Assembly: GCA_964245665.1 (NCBI GenBank)
Contig: CAXTNK010000001.1
Coordinates: 3,544-67,543, forward strand
Source of the DNA: an uncultured Acidobacteriaceae bacterium
Lineage (GTDB): Bacteria; Acidobacteriota; Terriglobia; Terriglobales; Acidobacteriaceae
Reading direction: 5' to 3'
Length of the DNA: 64,000 nucleotides
How positions within the stretch are numbered: position 1 is the first letter of the stretch; every line of letters begins with the position of its first letter. Under the pieces are notes generated by a model. That model ran no database searches and had not been told where the DNA came from. It saw only the letters and a list, made by a program, of their open reading frames with translations. The position numbers and the translations under genes were made by a program. This document shows positions 29,010 through 38,690 of this stretch, one piece after another.

Positions 29010-30254
29010 TTATGCGCCGACCGATGCCACTACAGCGCCTCGTCCATCTGCCGCATCGCCCGTTTCCAATGGCAAATCCAATTTGCCTGCAGCCAACTGC
29101 CAGCTGCCGAGCGCGAAGCCGGCAAACAGCAGCACCGTGAAGCCGAACAGGCGGTGCGCGACGAGAGTGCAAATCACGGTTCCGCCAATCAGCAACCATC
29201 GGCCAGTCTGTTTCGAATCAAGGCGGAAGCGAATGCCTGCAACCAGGAAATAGCATGCCGGGACGAGGCCGATGGCCGCGTCATACGGCATAACGCGAGG
29301 GTTTACCAACGCAATGGCGATCACGATCAGACCCCACCATCTCACCGGATCTCCCTGAACTCTGGTGCGCAGGAACAGCAGTAGGAAAAAGAGAGATGCC
29401 GAAAAGAGGATCTGTACGGCGAAGGCTATCTGAAGGGCAAGATGTGTGCGCCCATCGAGCAGCGTGGCGACCATACCGAAAAGGCCTTCTCCGAAATCGC
29501 GCGACGCCTGGAGATGCTGCGCAATTGTCGCCTGGAACTGCCTGTAGAGGCTCGGATTGAACATTTTCTCAGCCACATAGGCTGCCGCAATCAATACTGT
29601 ATCGACGATGCAGAAAAGAAGCTGACGGGTACCCGCCAGAAAGGGCAGCAGGAGCATAACCACGAAGACTGGCTGATTAACCGCCGCCAACAGGACGACT
29701 GCGTAGAAGCCCAGCCAGCGGTTGCCGCGCAGGCCAGGAAAAGCCGCCAGAAGCGCAGCAAAATACCAGACGAGATGGATGTTGCCCGACCAGAAGACCG
29801 TCGTCAGAAACATGCAGAGCGGAGCAAAGGCAAGTAACGCAAGCGACTCCTGGGCCGCCAGACGACGGAGGAAGACCGCGGAAAGCACTAACAGCAGCAG
29901 GAGCACGCTCGCCACGTTGATGGCGATATAGAGATTCCATCCCCACTCTGGCTTGACCAGTCTGGCCAGCGCATTGCCTGCCCACAGAAAGGCCGGCGGA
30001 TAGGCAAACGGGAGCATATTCTGTGGATCATCCAGAGGGTATGGATTGTGGCCGGAATTGTAGGCGCTGATGCCCTGAGCATATGGCCGCGCATCCCAAA
30101 AAATATGCAGCTGACCGTTGAAGCCGCCGGAATGAATGTGTGTGCTGATCTGCGCTGGCAGAACAGTGTGAAGCAGGATGACGCCTGGCATCAGGATCAG
30201 CAGGCAGAGACTGGTCATCAGGAGGTTTTTTACAAGCGATCGATTCATCCGCAT
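29010..30254 (-). CDS. polytopic membrane protein, GT-C fold glycosyltransferase-like (DUF2029/GT87-like)
   Basis: About 10 or more hydrophobic segments. The first loop DARPYAQGISAYNSGHNPYPLDD...LPFAYPPAFLW resembles the GT87/PimE-type motif. Start trimmed to ATG 30254 (or 30248). Confidence 0.55.
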   Translation of the reverse strand: MRMNRSLVKNLLMTSLCLLILMPGVILLHTVLPAQISTHIHSGGFNGQLHIFWDARPYAQGISAYNSGHNPYPLDDPQNMLPFAYPPAFLWAGNALARLVKPEWGWNLYIAINVASVLLLLLVLSAVFLRRLAAQESLALLAFAPLCMFLTTVFWSGNIHLVWYFAALLAAFPGLRGNRWLGFYAVVLLAAVNQPVFVVMLLLPFLAGTRQLLFCIVDTVLIAAAYVAEKMFNPSLYRQFQATIAQHLQASRDFGEGLFGMVATLLDGRTHLALQIAFAVQILFSASLFFLLLFLRTRVQGDPVRWWGLIVIAIALVNPRVMPYDAAIGLVPACYFLVAGIRFRLDSKQTGRWLLIGGTVICTLVAHRLFGFTVLLFAGFALGSWQLAAGKLDLPLETGDAADGRGAVVASVGA

Positions 30255-30483
30255 CCCGTGCGACCCGTCGGACCGGCTGCTTTCGAAAAACAACAAAGAG
30301 TCCAAGGTGGGCCGGGTTCCTGGGAAGGCCTCCCAAAAGGCAGGCATCTTTCCTGAGGAGATTGTTTCATCTCGCGCAGACTGTGCGCTGCCTCTATGTG
30401 TACACCGGAACGGCGCATCTGCTCATAACAATGTGCGGGCGATCCGAACTATGGGGAGATCCTTGCGTAACCGGGCGGCGGCT

Positions 30484-31899
30484 TTATCCGAGCACGTTCG
30501 GCAGCGCCATCAAACTCAGAGCAGCCTGCAGAACCAGAATCGCCGCAACCAGCCAGACGAAAAGTCTGCGGTGCCGCGTTTCGAGTACATCCGCAAAGAC
30601 GCCGCCGACAAATGTCAGCAGAAAAGGAAGCGCCCAGAGCCGTGGTTCGCCAAACACGCCGGTGGTGACCAGCGGCAGCAGCAACAGCGCGCACAGCAGC
30701 GGTGCGGTATTGCCAAAGTAGCGTGAGCGGCGTGAGAGCAGGCAAAGGACTATCGCTGTGCCACTGGCAATCGTGATTCCCGCATTCGGCAGTGACCGGA
30801 AGAACTCTTTTGCCGGATCAAGCGAGAATGTAAAACGCCCCGCGCCACTGCGGAAGTAGTAGGTGAATGCATCCGGATGGAAGGCATAGGACGCAAACAC
30901 CAGGAAGAGCATTCCCACCGAACACAGCAGCAGGATCATGGGCAGAGGCGAGCGATGGCCAACCGCCAGGTAGCCCATAAAGATCGCCACCAGCAACAGC
31001 ATCGGCAGAATAGCGACTACGTGAGAGGCCGCCACTATGCCAAACGCGAGCGTGAGCAGGATGATGCGCGGCCGCCATTTGCGGCGAGGTCCATGCATGG
31101 CGTGGGCCACGCCCATCGCTGTGTAGATAGCGGCAAAGAGCCCAAGCGCGGTAAGAATCTCAGAGCCGGGAGCGGTCGCTGCATCCACGACAAGCGGCGA
31201 AAAACAGTAGAGACCGAGTGCAATATAGCCGCCGGCGTTGCCGAAAAGCCGCCGCGTTACCCACCACAGGGCGCCGCCGAGCAGTAGCGCAACACACGTG
31301 AAGGGCATGCGCAACAGCAGGCGGACAGCACTCAATTCGTGCCGCATCTCCCACGTGGATGTGTCGGCGCCCTGGCCGAGCACGATGCGCTGGATGGTGA
31401 GCGGCAGACCCGCCGCGCGATAGGCCAGCGTGCCATCGTGGATGTTGCCGCAGCTGGTGAAATAGCCGGCAAGCGGCGAAGGCTTCTCCCACATTTCCCG
31501 GCCGCAGCGGGCGTACTGGTAGTCGTTTTCTGTCAGCGGCGCATGCTGGATGACGAACAGGCATTGCAACAGCAGACCAAACAGCAGGAGTGCGGCATAT
31601 TGCTGTGGCCGGTCAAAGCGGAATTTGCGCAATCGCGATGGCCGGCTTCTCGATTGCTGCCTATCGGATCCGTCGCTGTCCTTGCCAGCGGATTGCGCCG
31701 ACACCTGTCCGGCATTTACCAGTTCAGTAGGGGACTGCGTGACCTGCTCCGTAAATGGCCTCCCGGACTGTGGTGATGCGTGCTGCGTATTGTCTGGCAT
31801 GAAAAAAGGACTGTGGCCAGTGTATCGGATGGCTGGCGACACGCCCCGCGGTACCCCGGTGTAACCGATAGTTTCGCCAGGGAAGCTCGCGACCTGCAT
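30484..31899 (-). CDS. polytopic membrane protein, GT-C fold glycosyltransferase-like (ArnT/PMT-like)
   Basis: Disordered N-terminus followed by many TM segments. The first periplasmic loop carries an acidic motif (PLTENDYQYARCG) like the DE/ExD motif of GT39/GT83 enzymes. Start uncertain (31899 or 31800). Confidence 0.5.
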   Translation of the reverse strand: MQVASFPGETIGYTGVPRGVSPAIRYTGHSPFFMPDNTQHASPQSGRPFTEQVTQSPTELVNAGQVSAQSAGKDSDGSDRQQSRSRPSRLRKFRFDRPQQYAALLLFGLLLQCLFVIQHAPLTENDYQYARCGREMWEKPSPLAGYFTSCGNIHDGTLAYRAAGLPLTIQRIVLGQGADTSTWEMRHELSAVRLLLRMPFTCVALLLGGALWWVTRRLFGNAGGYIALGLYCFSPLVVDAATAPGSEILTALGLFAAIYTAMGVAHAMHGPRRKWRPRIILLTLAFGIVAASHVVAILPMLLLVAIFMGYLAVGHRSPLPMILLLCSVGMLFLVFASYAFHPDAFTYYFRSGAGRFTFSLDPAKEFFRSLPNAGITIASGTAIVLCLLSRRSRYFGNTAPLLCALLLLPLVTTGVFGEPRLWALPFLLTFVGGVFADVLETRHRRLFVWLVAAILVLQAALSLMALPNVLG

Positions 31900-31931
31900 T
31901 AAGCTGCCGGCCGCTATTATCGTTGATCTCT

Positions 31932-32354
31932 ATGGACAATGAGATGAAGAAGGAACTGGCGGGACTGGAGCGCGCTCTCATCGATTTTGAGCGCGCTACG
32001 AAAGAAGCGCTCGGCTTCTCGCGGACGGTCCTCTACGAGGGCATTCCCTTTGACATTGGAGAGCGATTTGTGATCGCGGATATGTCGCCGCTCGCCTTCT
32101 TTCACCTGGTGGAGCAGGTCGGCGATGATGGCACCGAAGCCGCTATCAAGCGTCTCTATGACCGGTTGATGCCGCTGCTGACGTGCCGCCACGAATGGAC
32201 ACTGCTCAAACGCGAAACGGACCGGCCGCTGCAGAGTATGGCAGAAGGGCTGCTTCGCAAGGGATCACACCCGTATATCTGCAAGGCCTGCACAGCGTAT
32301 GTGTTCGCCGGACCCGGGAACGAACTTCCTGCCGTAGGCAAGAAGCTTAGCTGA
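31932..32354 (+). CDS. hypothetical protein
   Basis: Protein-like composition. I recognise no domain. ATG 31932 preferred over TTG 31923. Confidence 0.5.
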   Translation: MDNEMKKELAGLERALIDFERATKEALGFSRTVLYEGIPFDIGERFVIADMSPLAFFHLVEQVGDDGTEAAIKRLYDRLMPLLTCRHEWTLLKRETDRPLQSMAEGLLRKGSHPYICKACTAYVFAGPGNELPAVGKKLS

Positions 32355-32540
32355 CCCTGTACAGCTAGCTGACTCTAGACAAGAACATAAGAGATCTGGC
32401 GAGTAGAGAACAGAGCCTTTTCAGGCCAGGGGCCAGTGCTGCATGCAGCACTTCCTTGTTTCAGGCACTATGCAGCGCGTGTGCGTCCACACAGGCCAGT
32501 GTCCAGCAGTCATCTATACCCATGCGATTATGATGCGAAC

Positions 32541-33065
32541 ATGATTCTCGCGCCTGCCGATCCCCTTGACTACTCTTCCATCACGGCTCTCGTCAATGAT
32601 GCTTTTCGCGGCACGGGAGAGATAACGAGCTGGAATTCGGAAGCTGGTGTCATCGAGGGCGAGCGTCTGACGGAAGCGCTTCTGCTGGCCGACCTGGCTG
32701 CGAAACCGAATGGCCATCTACTGAGTTATCGGGACGAGGCAAAAGGCCCATTGCTGGGAACGGTGTGGCTGGAACCGAAGAGCAACATCACCTGGTATCT
32801 CGGATTGCTGACGGTCCGTCCTGATCTACAAACGCGCAAACTGGGGACGTCGCTGCTGGCGTCAGCCGAAGGCTTTGTGAAGAACCACGGCGGTCGCAGG
32901 ATTCGCATGACAGTGGTGAATGTGCGGCACTCGCTGATCGCCTGGTATGAACGACGTGGTTACGCGTTGACCGGCGAAGAAGAACCCTTTCCGTACGATG
33001 ATCAGCGCTTCGGCCGTCCGCTCCGCGATGACCTGCGGTTTGTCGTTCTGGAGAAGGACCTGTAG
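32541..33065 (+). CDS. GNAT family N-acetyltransferase
   Basis: LLTVRPDLQTRKLGTSLL (acetyl-CoA binding Q/RxxGxG/A-like motif A) and typical length after trimming to ATG 32541. Confidence 0.8.
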   Translation: MILAPADPLDYSSITALVNDAFRGTGEITSWNSEAGVIEGERLTEALLLADLAAKPNGHLLSYRDEAKGPLLGTVWLEPKSNITWYLGLLTVRPDLQTRKLGTSLLASAEGFVKNHGGRRIRMTVVNVRHSLIAWYERRGYALTGEEEPFPYDDQRFGRPLRDDLRFVVLEKDL

Positions 33066-33097
33066 CTGACCCGCCTGCTTCGTCCTTCCATTATCCC

Positions 33098-33133
33098 GTC
33101 ATCCTGAGTAGAGCGAAGCGAAGTGGATGGATC
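33098..33133 (+). repeat. dispersed short repeat, copy A (GTCATCCTGAGTAGAGCGAAGCGAAGTGGATGGATC)
   Basis: 28 of 36 positions identical to the reverse complement of 43037..43072. Lies just 3' of the GNAT gene and is followed by a 9-bp hairpin at 33140..33169. Confidence 0.75.
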
Positions 33134-33252
33134 TGTAACCTGAACGCGCGCATCTAGGCACGCGTTCAGATCCAATCCCCAACAAACGAATGCTCGGCAG
33201 ACAACTGCTCGCCGCCGGTAGATACGGCGAGAAGGCCAGCGAGCAACTTGAT

Positions 33253-34545
33253 TTAGATTGATGTCGACACTGTTGCCAATCCATCTTTCTCTAATTTCGC
33301 TGCTGGTGGAAGGCCGAGTTGCGCTCTGCCAAGAGGCGTCAGATCTGCAGGAGTGCCGCGGCCTTTGAAGTCCACTTCGAAGTCATCGGCGGCGAAATCA
33401 GGTGGCGTTTTTCCAGCGAGGAATGTTGGCGCCTGTCGTGCGAGATAGGCCGAGTTCTTCGTGCACCCGGGTGCCGATGAAATGTACATCACGTTGCTGT
33501 AGCCCGCCCCCTTGTGCTCGTTCTCAACTGCGTGGACCAGGTCTGAATGCCAGAAGACGCTATCGCCCGGCTCCATGAGCGGAATCGACGAAAGCGCCTC
33601 AATCAGCAGGCCATGATACTGCGGATTGATGGAAAGAGCCCGGCCCGGCGCGGCGCCGCAGAGTTCGTCTTCAGGGACGTCATCCTGCAGTGCTCGCAGC
33701 AGGACATACATCATTGCATTCGCGATGGGAATCAGCTGTAGGGTGCCGTCGCCTTTGCCTTGCCGCGTGAGCGCCGTCCATCCCTGGAAGGTGCGGAACA
33801 TCGAACAGACAGCGGGCGAAGCGACTTCGCCGGCGTCTGGACGGTAGGCCGCGTCGTATGCATCGTAGGCTCGCCAGTTTCCTGAGAATACATGACGGTA
33901 GACCTTGCGGAAATTTTCATCAAGCCAGCGTTCGACCGAGCCGCCATCGACATGCGGCGATAGACCAAGCGACGCCGATCCTGGCGGCCGTCGGCGGATA
34001 CGATCTGCGTAGGCCGGTGTCTCGTCAGGATTGAAGTGCCGCAGTCCTTCGCTCTCGGCCTTCCACAGTTTGTTCATGAAGATGCGCACCTGGGTGAGCG
34101 ATTCTGCCTGGCGCGCCAGCACCTGCGGCCGCGACCAGTAGATGCCATAAATCTGTGGTTTCGCCGAAGCGAGGGTACCGAAATACTTATCCTCGGCTGC
34201 GTTGGCGAGCTTCGCGTCGAGGCCATTCTCTTCGACGTACGTGGCGATCTCCTGGTCCCAGGCGGGGGCCTCTTCCGGCGCAACGCTCCTCCGGACTACG
34301 CATGCGCCGCGGGCTTTGATCTTCGCAATCATTTCAGCTGGCACAATGCCTGCTTGTATGTCGGCGTAGTGGAGGATCGGAACAACCGGCTGACCGCTCT
34401 CGCGTTCCTGCACAATCTCGTCGACCCGCTGACGCATTTCTGCCTCGACCTGGCTAAAGGTTTCCGCGTAATTCGGCAGAGCTGCGCGCAGGGTTTTCTT
34501 CGTAGCGCGAATGTCTTCTGCAAGGTTCTCGATAACGAAAGCCAT
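33253..34545 (-). CDS. DUF1479 / YbiU-like protein (2OG-Fe(II) oxygenase-like fold)
   Basis: 430 aa. LSPHVDGG (HxD) and WHSDLVHAVE (distal His). The family assignment is from memory of YbiU-type proteins. Confidence 0.65.
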   Translation of the reverse strand: MAFVIENLAEDIRATKKTLRAALPNYAETFSQVEAEMRQRVDEIVQERESGQPVVPILHYADIQAGIVPAEMIAKIKARGACVVRRSVAPEEAPAWDQEIATYVEENGLDAKLANAAEDKYFGTLASAKPQIYGIYWSRPQVLARQAESLTQVRIFMNKLWKAESEGLRHFNPDETPAYADRIRRRPPGSASLGLSPHVDGGSVERWLDENFRKVYRHVFSGNWRAYDAYDAAYRPDAGEVASPAVCSMFRTFQGWTALTRQGKGDGTLQLIPIANAMMYVLLRALQDDVPEDELCGAAPGRALSINPQYHGLLIEALSSIPLMEPGDSVFWHSDLVHAVENEHKGAGYSNVMYISSAPGCTKNSAYLARQAPTFLAGKTPPDFAADDFEVDFKGRGTPADLTPLGRAQLGLPPAAKLEKDGLATVSTSI

Positions 34546-35013
34546 GGTGCTCCAATCCGTGTTGCGAAATTCCCGCGTAGATGAGTGTAGGCCTGATCGT
34601 CAAAGCTCGTGAAGGGGAGAGTCAGCGGCTCGAGCGATTTGCTTCCGGACTTCCAGTTCATCGCCCAGGGTGTGTCTCCACTTACCTATTACCTATGCTC
34701 GGGGGCCTGGCAATGGTTCAGCGTCGCTTGAAAAATAATCTGTTCTCTTATTGGGAAGGCGGTGGGAGGGCTACGGACGATCAGCGAGTCTCAGCCCACA
34801 AGGAGAGGCTACCTCCCCCTCCCCTTTCAGCTAAAGATCACATTCGCAAGGGGTTAAGAGCGGGTATACTGCAAAGTATTCAAAGCAATCGCCTTGCGGG
34901 TAAAGATTTGCAAGCAAAGGATTTATGCAACAGTGTCAGGGTCATATGCTTGTCCTCTTATTCCAAGGTACAGGTTTCCTGGAATCATTCGGCACGTGAT
35001 TACCGAGGGAGGG

Positions 35014-35913
35014 TCACGTGCGATGCAGTGTCCGGCGCAGGTGGCCACCATTCGCGGCGAGGGTTGCTTTGGCATCCGCACAGGACAGTTGCAGGCAATG
35101 CATCACGATCGCGGTTTTGACGGAGCCGGCTTCATTCATCAGTGCATCTGCCTGCTCCTGGTCGACGTGAGCGATGATGCCGACGATGCGGCGCGCACGC
35201 TCGGCCAGCTTCTCGTTGGTCATCTGCAGATCGACCATCAGGTTGCTGTAGACGTGGCCGAGACGGATCATGGTGCCCGTCGACAGCATGTTCAACACCA
35301 TCTTGGTCGCCGTGCCGGCCTTCATACGTGTGGAGCCGGTCACTACTTCCGGACCGGTTGCGGGCGCGATCGAAATAGCAGACGCGTTGGCGATGGCCGA
35401 TCCAGGTGCGCAGGTGAGGGCAATGGTAAGGGCGCCAAGGCCGGCGGCATATTCAAGCGCGCCGAGAACATAGGGCGTGCGGCCGCTGGTCGCAATGCCG
35501 ACGAGTGCATCGTTGGCATTGAAGCCATGGGCGCGCAGGTCAGCTGCTCCAGCTTCGGCGTCGTCCTCGACGTCTTCTATGGCCATGCGCAGGGCTGCAT
35601 CGCCGCCGGCCATGATGCCCTGCACCAGGTCGCGCGGCACGCTGTAGGTGGGCGGACATTCGGACGCGTCCAGAACCCCGAGCCTGCCGGAAGTGCCGGC
35701 ACCGATATAGAAGAGGCGGCCGCCCATCTCAAGACGCGCCACGATGCCATCGACAGCTGCGGCGATGGAGGCGAGTTCGTGCTCCACGGCGATGGCGACC
35801 TGCTGGTCTTCATGGTTGATGACGCGCAGCATCTCCTGCGTAGCAAGCTGATCGATGCCTTCGCTCGCAGGATTGCGTGCTTCAGTAGGAAGATGCTCAA
35901 AGGATTTCCTCAT
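35014..35913 (-). CDS. murQ: N-acetylmuramic acid 6-phosphate etherase
   Basis: PTEARNP...ID and GGRLFYIGAGTSGRLGVLDASECPPTY (SIS domain). Start trimmed to ATG 35913. Confidence 0.93.
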   Translation of the reverse strand: MRKSFEHLPTEARNPASEGIDQLATQEMLRVINHEDQQVAIAVEHELASIAAAVDGIVARLEMGGRLFYIGAGTSGRLGVLDASECPPTYSVPRDLVQGIMAGGDAALRMAIEDVEDDAEAGAADLRAHGFNANDALVGIATSGRTPYVLGALEYAAGLGALTIALTCAPGSAIANASAISIAPATGPEVVTGSTRMKAGTATKMVLNMLSTGTMIRLGHVYSNLMVDLQMTNEKLAERARRIVGIIAHVDQEQADALMNEAGSVKTAIVMHCLQLSCADAKATLAANGGHLRRTLHRT

Positions 35914-36365
35914 GCACCAACAGTATGTCGCACGCCTAGGGTTGTCATGCAATCGCAGTACAACCATGAACAGGATTTAATTGACCGGAAGAATCCACGA
36001 GCGGCTGCGACGCGGGATAGCAGGTAGAAGAAAAATCCATACGCATTCTGCGCATCCTGCATGGTGTTCGTCATTGGTCTCCGGCTTCGTGATTCGCTTT
36101 CGTATCGAAATTTTCGAGAGGGTCGGAACACGTAAAAACAAGAGCCGGACCGCGCAGTCACGCGCTTCTGCACCAATCCTGATGAAAACTTTTTCCTGCG
36201 TCGATGAGCGGAACCAAATGAGTACCGGAATACGCGCGATCCGGCCTTGACGCATGCTGCATGACGGCGTGTTCTGGAGATAAGCCATGACGGTTCCACA
36301 GGCCTTGCCGCACGCGCGCGGGCGAACGTGAGCCGACGGCGTTCTCTCAAGAAAAGGAAGTTCCC

Positions 36366-36935
36366 ATGTCGTCTGATCCAGCACAGTCCGCAAATCCTTC
36401 TCCACAGGTATCGGAGAAGTATCTGATTGCCTTCGTCATCCAGGGCGATGACGTTTTTAAAATTACTGCGGATAACATCATCCACACGACAGGTACGGCA
36501 GATGGTCCCGCTTTTGACGCAATCGCCAAACTAAAGGCAGCGGCGGCGCTGCTGGAGCTGACGAACCGGCACAAGGAACGCCCGGAAGAGCTGAAGAAAA
36601 TGGCAAAGGAGTTGGCCGGTGAAGGTATGAAGCTGATGGCCCGCGCCAGTTCTTCCATCCGCGCCATGCCTGCGCCTGAACCGGAGCCGGAAGAAGTCGA
36701 TGCTCCCGAAACCCAGGCTAACCTGGCGCAGGTGGCAGCTGCTCTGAACAATGTGGCCATACCGCCGGCGAGTGGTCCGCGCGCAGTGCCTGCGACCGTA
36801 AGCCCGACTATCAGTGAAAGATCACGGCCGTTGGGGCCGGCTCCGCTGCCAGTGCAGGCGCCGACGGGCGAGGACCGTGGATCGAACACAGTTGCCATGC
36901 CGAACAGTTCGCGGATCGCGCTGATTTCTTCCTAG
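36366..36935 (+). CDS. hypothetical protein (structured N-terminal ~100 aa plus Pro-rich tail)
   Basis: AAGGAAG SD 7 nt upstream. Codon pattern looks coding. No recognisable domain. Confidence 0.55.
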   Translation: MSSDPAQSANPSPQVSEKYLIAFVIQGDDVFKITADNIIHTTGTADGPAFDAIAKLKAAAALLELTNRHKERPEELKKMAKELAGEGMKLMARASSSIRAMPAPEPEPEEVDAPETQANLAQVAAALNNVAIPPASGPRAVPATVSPTISERSRPLGPAPLPVQAPTGEDRGSNTVAMPNSSRIALISS

Positions 36936-37198
36936 GGCGGACTTCCAATCCACGCCCGGGCCTGACGCACTGTGCTTGAGAAGTTCAGTGTTCCGGGCGC
37001 TCGAATCCAAATACTGAATGCCCGCCATGCTGACGTGAGCCATTGTCGGGTATACCCTTGAAGGGGCAAGGCGGCCTGTTCGCTGCCTGGCCTGATGCCG
37101 GGTCATGCGCAGGCGTGCTCCGTTGCCGGGTGCCGCTGCTCCAGTCAGGACGCGGCGCGGCATATTCCCGGACACATTCTCGAAAGACTGGAAGACAC

Positions 37199-38593
37199 AT
37201 GCAGTTTTGGGACGAATTAGAAGGTAAGTCATTGGCGGGTACTTATCCGTTGAACCGGTGGCTTCGCACTGAAGGCAATGCAGCGTGGTTTGCGACACGC
37301 TACCAGGACAAGCCGGCGATTGCTTACACAGTCGATATGTCCGGTGATGATGATCCGGTGTTTGCGAGCCTGGAAGCCGTCAGCCGCGTGCAGCATCCGA
37401 ACATCGTGCAGATTGACCGCGTGGGACGGGCGAGTATCGAGGGCAGGGCGGTGGCTTATGCAATCCAGGAGCCGACAGAGGATAACCTGTCTGACGCCCT
37501 GCGCGAGCGGCCGCTGACCAATGAAGAAACGACACAGATTGCAGAGAGCCTGGCAGGTGGACTCGGCGCGCTGCATGCCGCCGGCCTGCTTCATGCTCAC
37601 GTGACGGCGACTTCGGTGCTGGCCGTGGGCGATACAGTCAAACTGCGCAGTGACTGCGTAAGAAAAGTAGCCGCTGCAGACAAGGCCAGGCCCGGCGCTT
37701 ACGCACAGGATGTGTCTGACATGGGCTCGCTGCTTTTCGAATGCCTGACCCAGCGCAAACCAGCGGGTCCGGATGACTCGGCGATTGCCAAACTGCCGGC
37801 GCCGTTCGGGGAGATCGTGCACAAGACCGTAGCCGGTCGATGGGGTCTCGAGGACGTGGCCGGTGCACTCCGGAAGCCAACGATCAGTGCGCCGGCAGTA
37901 CCTGTGGCTGCGAAAACAAGACCTGTTGAGAGCGCGGCTGCGCCCGCTGCAAAGACTGTTCCAGCACCGGCCCCTGTGCCGGTGTCGAAGCCCGCTACTG
38001 CCGTGCCTCCTGCGGCGCCGTCGGCATTGATTGACGATGAGCCGGAAAAGAAAAGCAGCGGAGTCCGAGTCGTCGCGCTCGTGGCCATTGTGCTGGTACT
38101 CGGCGCGGTGTGGTATTTTCTGCGCGGGTCGCACGCGAAGCCGGCAATGCCGGAGACGACGACAGCTTCGAGTAATGCATCGAATCCCGCGCCCGGTGCT
38201 GGAGACACGACGGCTGCTCCGACTCCTGCGACGCCCGCACCGGAAGCCGCTGCGCCTGCAGCTCCTCCCACGCAGATGCCCCCGGCAGCTGGACAGCAGC
38301 GGGCTCTTGACCCAGCTTCAGCACCGGCTGCTGAGACGGCAGCAGGTGGCAACAGGGTGTGGCGCGTGGTGGTGTTTACGTATGGCGATGAGGCAAGGGC
38401 GCAGCAGCGGGTGAAGATTATTCTGGCCAAACATCCTGACCTGAAGCCCGAGGTATTCACTGCCGGCGGCCATGGGCCTTACCTGGTAACGATTGGCGGC
38501 CCTATGGACCGCGACGAAGCGGTGAAAACGCGCAGCCATGCTCGCCACGAAGGTATGGCGCGCGACGCGTATATCCAGAACTACACGCACTAG
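37199..38593 (+). CDS. membrane-anchored pseudokinase (degenerate Ser/Thr kinase-like domain) with C-terminal SPOR domain
   Basis: Kinase-like landmarks are kept (HPNIV, ...LHAAGLLH...), but the catalytic motifs are lost: no GxGxxG, HRDLKPxN reads HAHVTATS, DFG reads RSD. A Pro/Ala linker, one TM (VVALVAIVLVLGAVWYF) and a SPOR-like end (WRVVVFTYGDEARAQQ...YLVTIGGPMDRDEA) follow. Start trimmed to ATG 37199. Confidence 0.7.
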   Translation: MQFWDELEGKSLAGTYPLNRWLRTEGNAAWFATRYQDKPAIAYTVDMSGDDDPVFASLEAVSRVQHPNIVQIDRVGRASIEGRAVAYAIQEPTEDNLSDALRERPLTNEETTQIAESLAGGLGALHAAGLLHAHVTATSVLAVGDTVKLRSDCVRKVAAADKARPGAYAQDVSDMGSLLFECLTQRKPAGPDDSAIAKLPAPFGEIVHKTVAGRWGLEDVAGALRKPTISAPAVPVAAKTRPVESAAAPAAKTVPAPAPVPVSKPATAVPPAAPSALIDDEPEKKSSGVRVVALVAIVLVLGAVWYFLRGSHAKPAMPETTTASSNASNPAPGAGDTTAAPTPATPAPEAAAPAAPPTQMPPAAGQQRALDPASAPAAETAAGGNRVWRVVVFTYGDEARAQQRVKIILAKHPDLKPEVFTAGGHGPYLVTIGGPMDRDEAVKTRSHARHEGMARDAYIQNYTH

Positions 38594-38690
38594 ATCGAAG
38601 CTGCTATGGCCGGCGGGAAGGTGACTTCTCGCCGGTTTTCTTTTGCTCGATGTAGACTTCCGCATAGAGCATCAGGAATATTGCGCATAG

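Noticed and set aside
34894-36027. 377-aa ORF on the plus strand
   Set aside because: Antisense to murQ, which has a clear SIS-domain signature. Its composition (Gly/Arg/Ala/His-rich) looks non-protein-like.
35910-36485. 191-aa minus-strand ORF whose TGA overlaps the murQ ATG (ATGA), considered as a coupled upstream gene
   Set aside because: The translation is extremely Arg-rich (RRR, RSRSRR) with no hydrophobic core pattern and no SD, and the region is compositionally non-coding. The ATGA overlap is probably coincidental.
37229-38460. Two long minus-strand ORFs (301 and 253 aa)
   Set aside because: Both are antisense to the pseudokinase-SPOR gene. They are Arg/Ala/Gly-rich translations of its Pro/Ala linker region, and neither has an SD or a recognisable domain.
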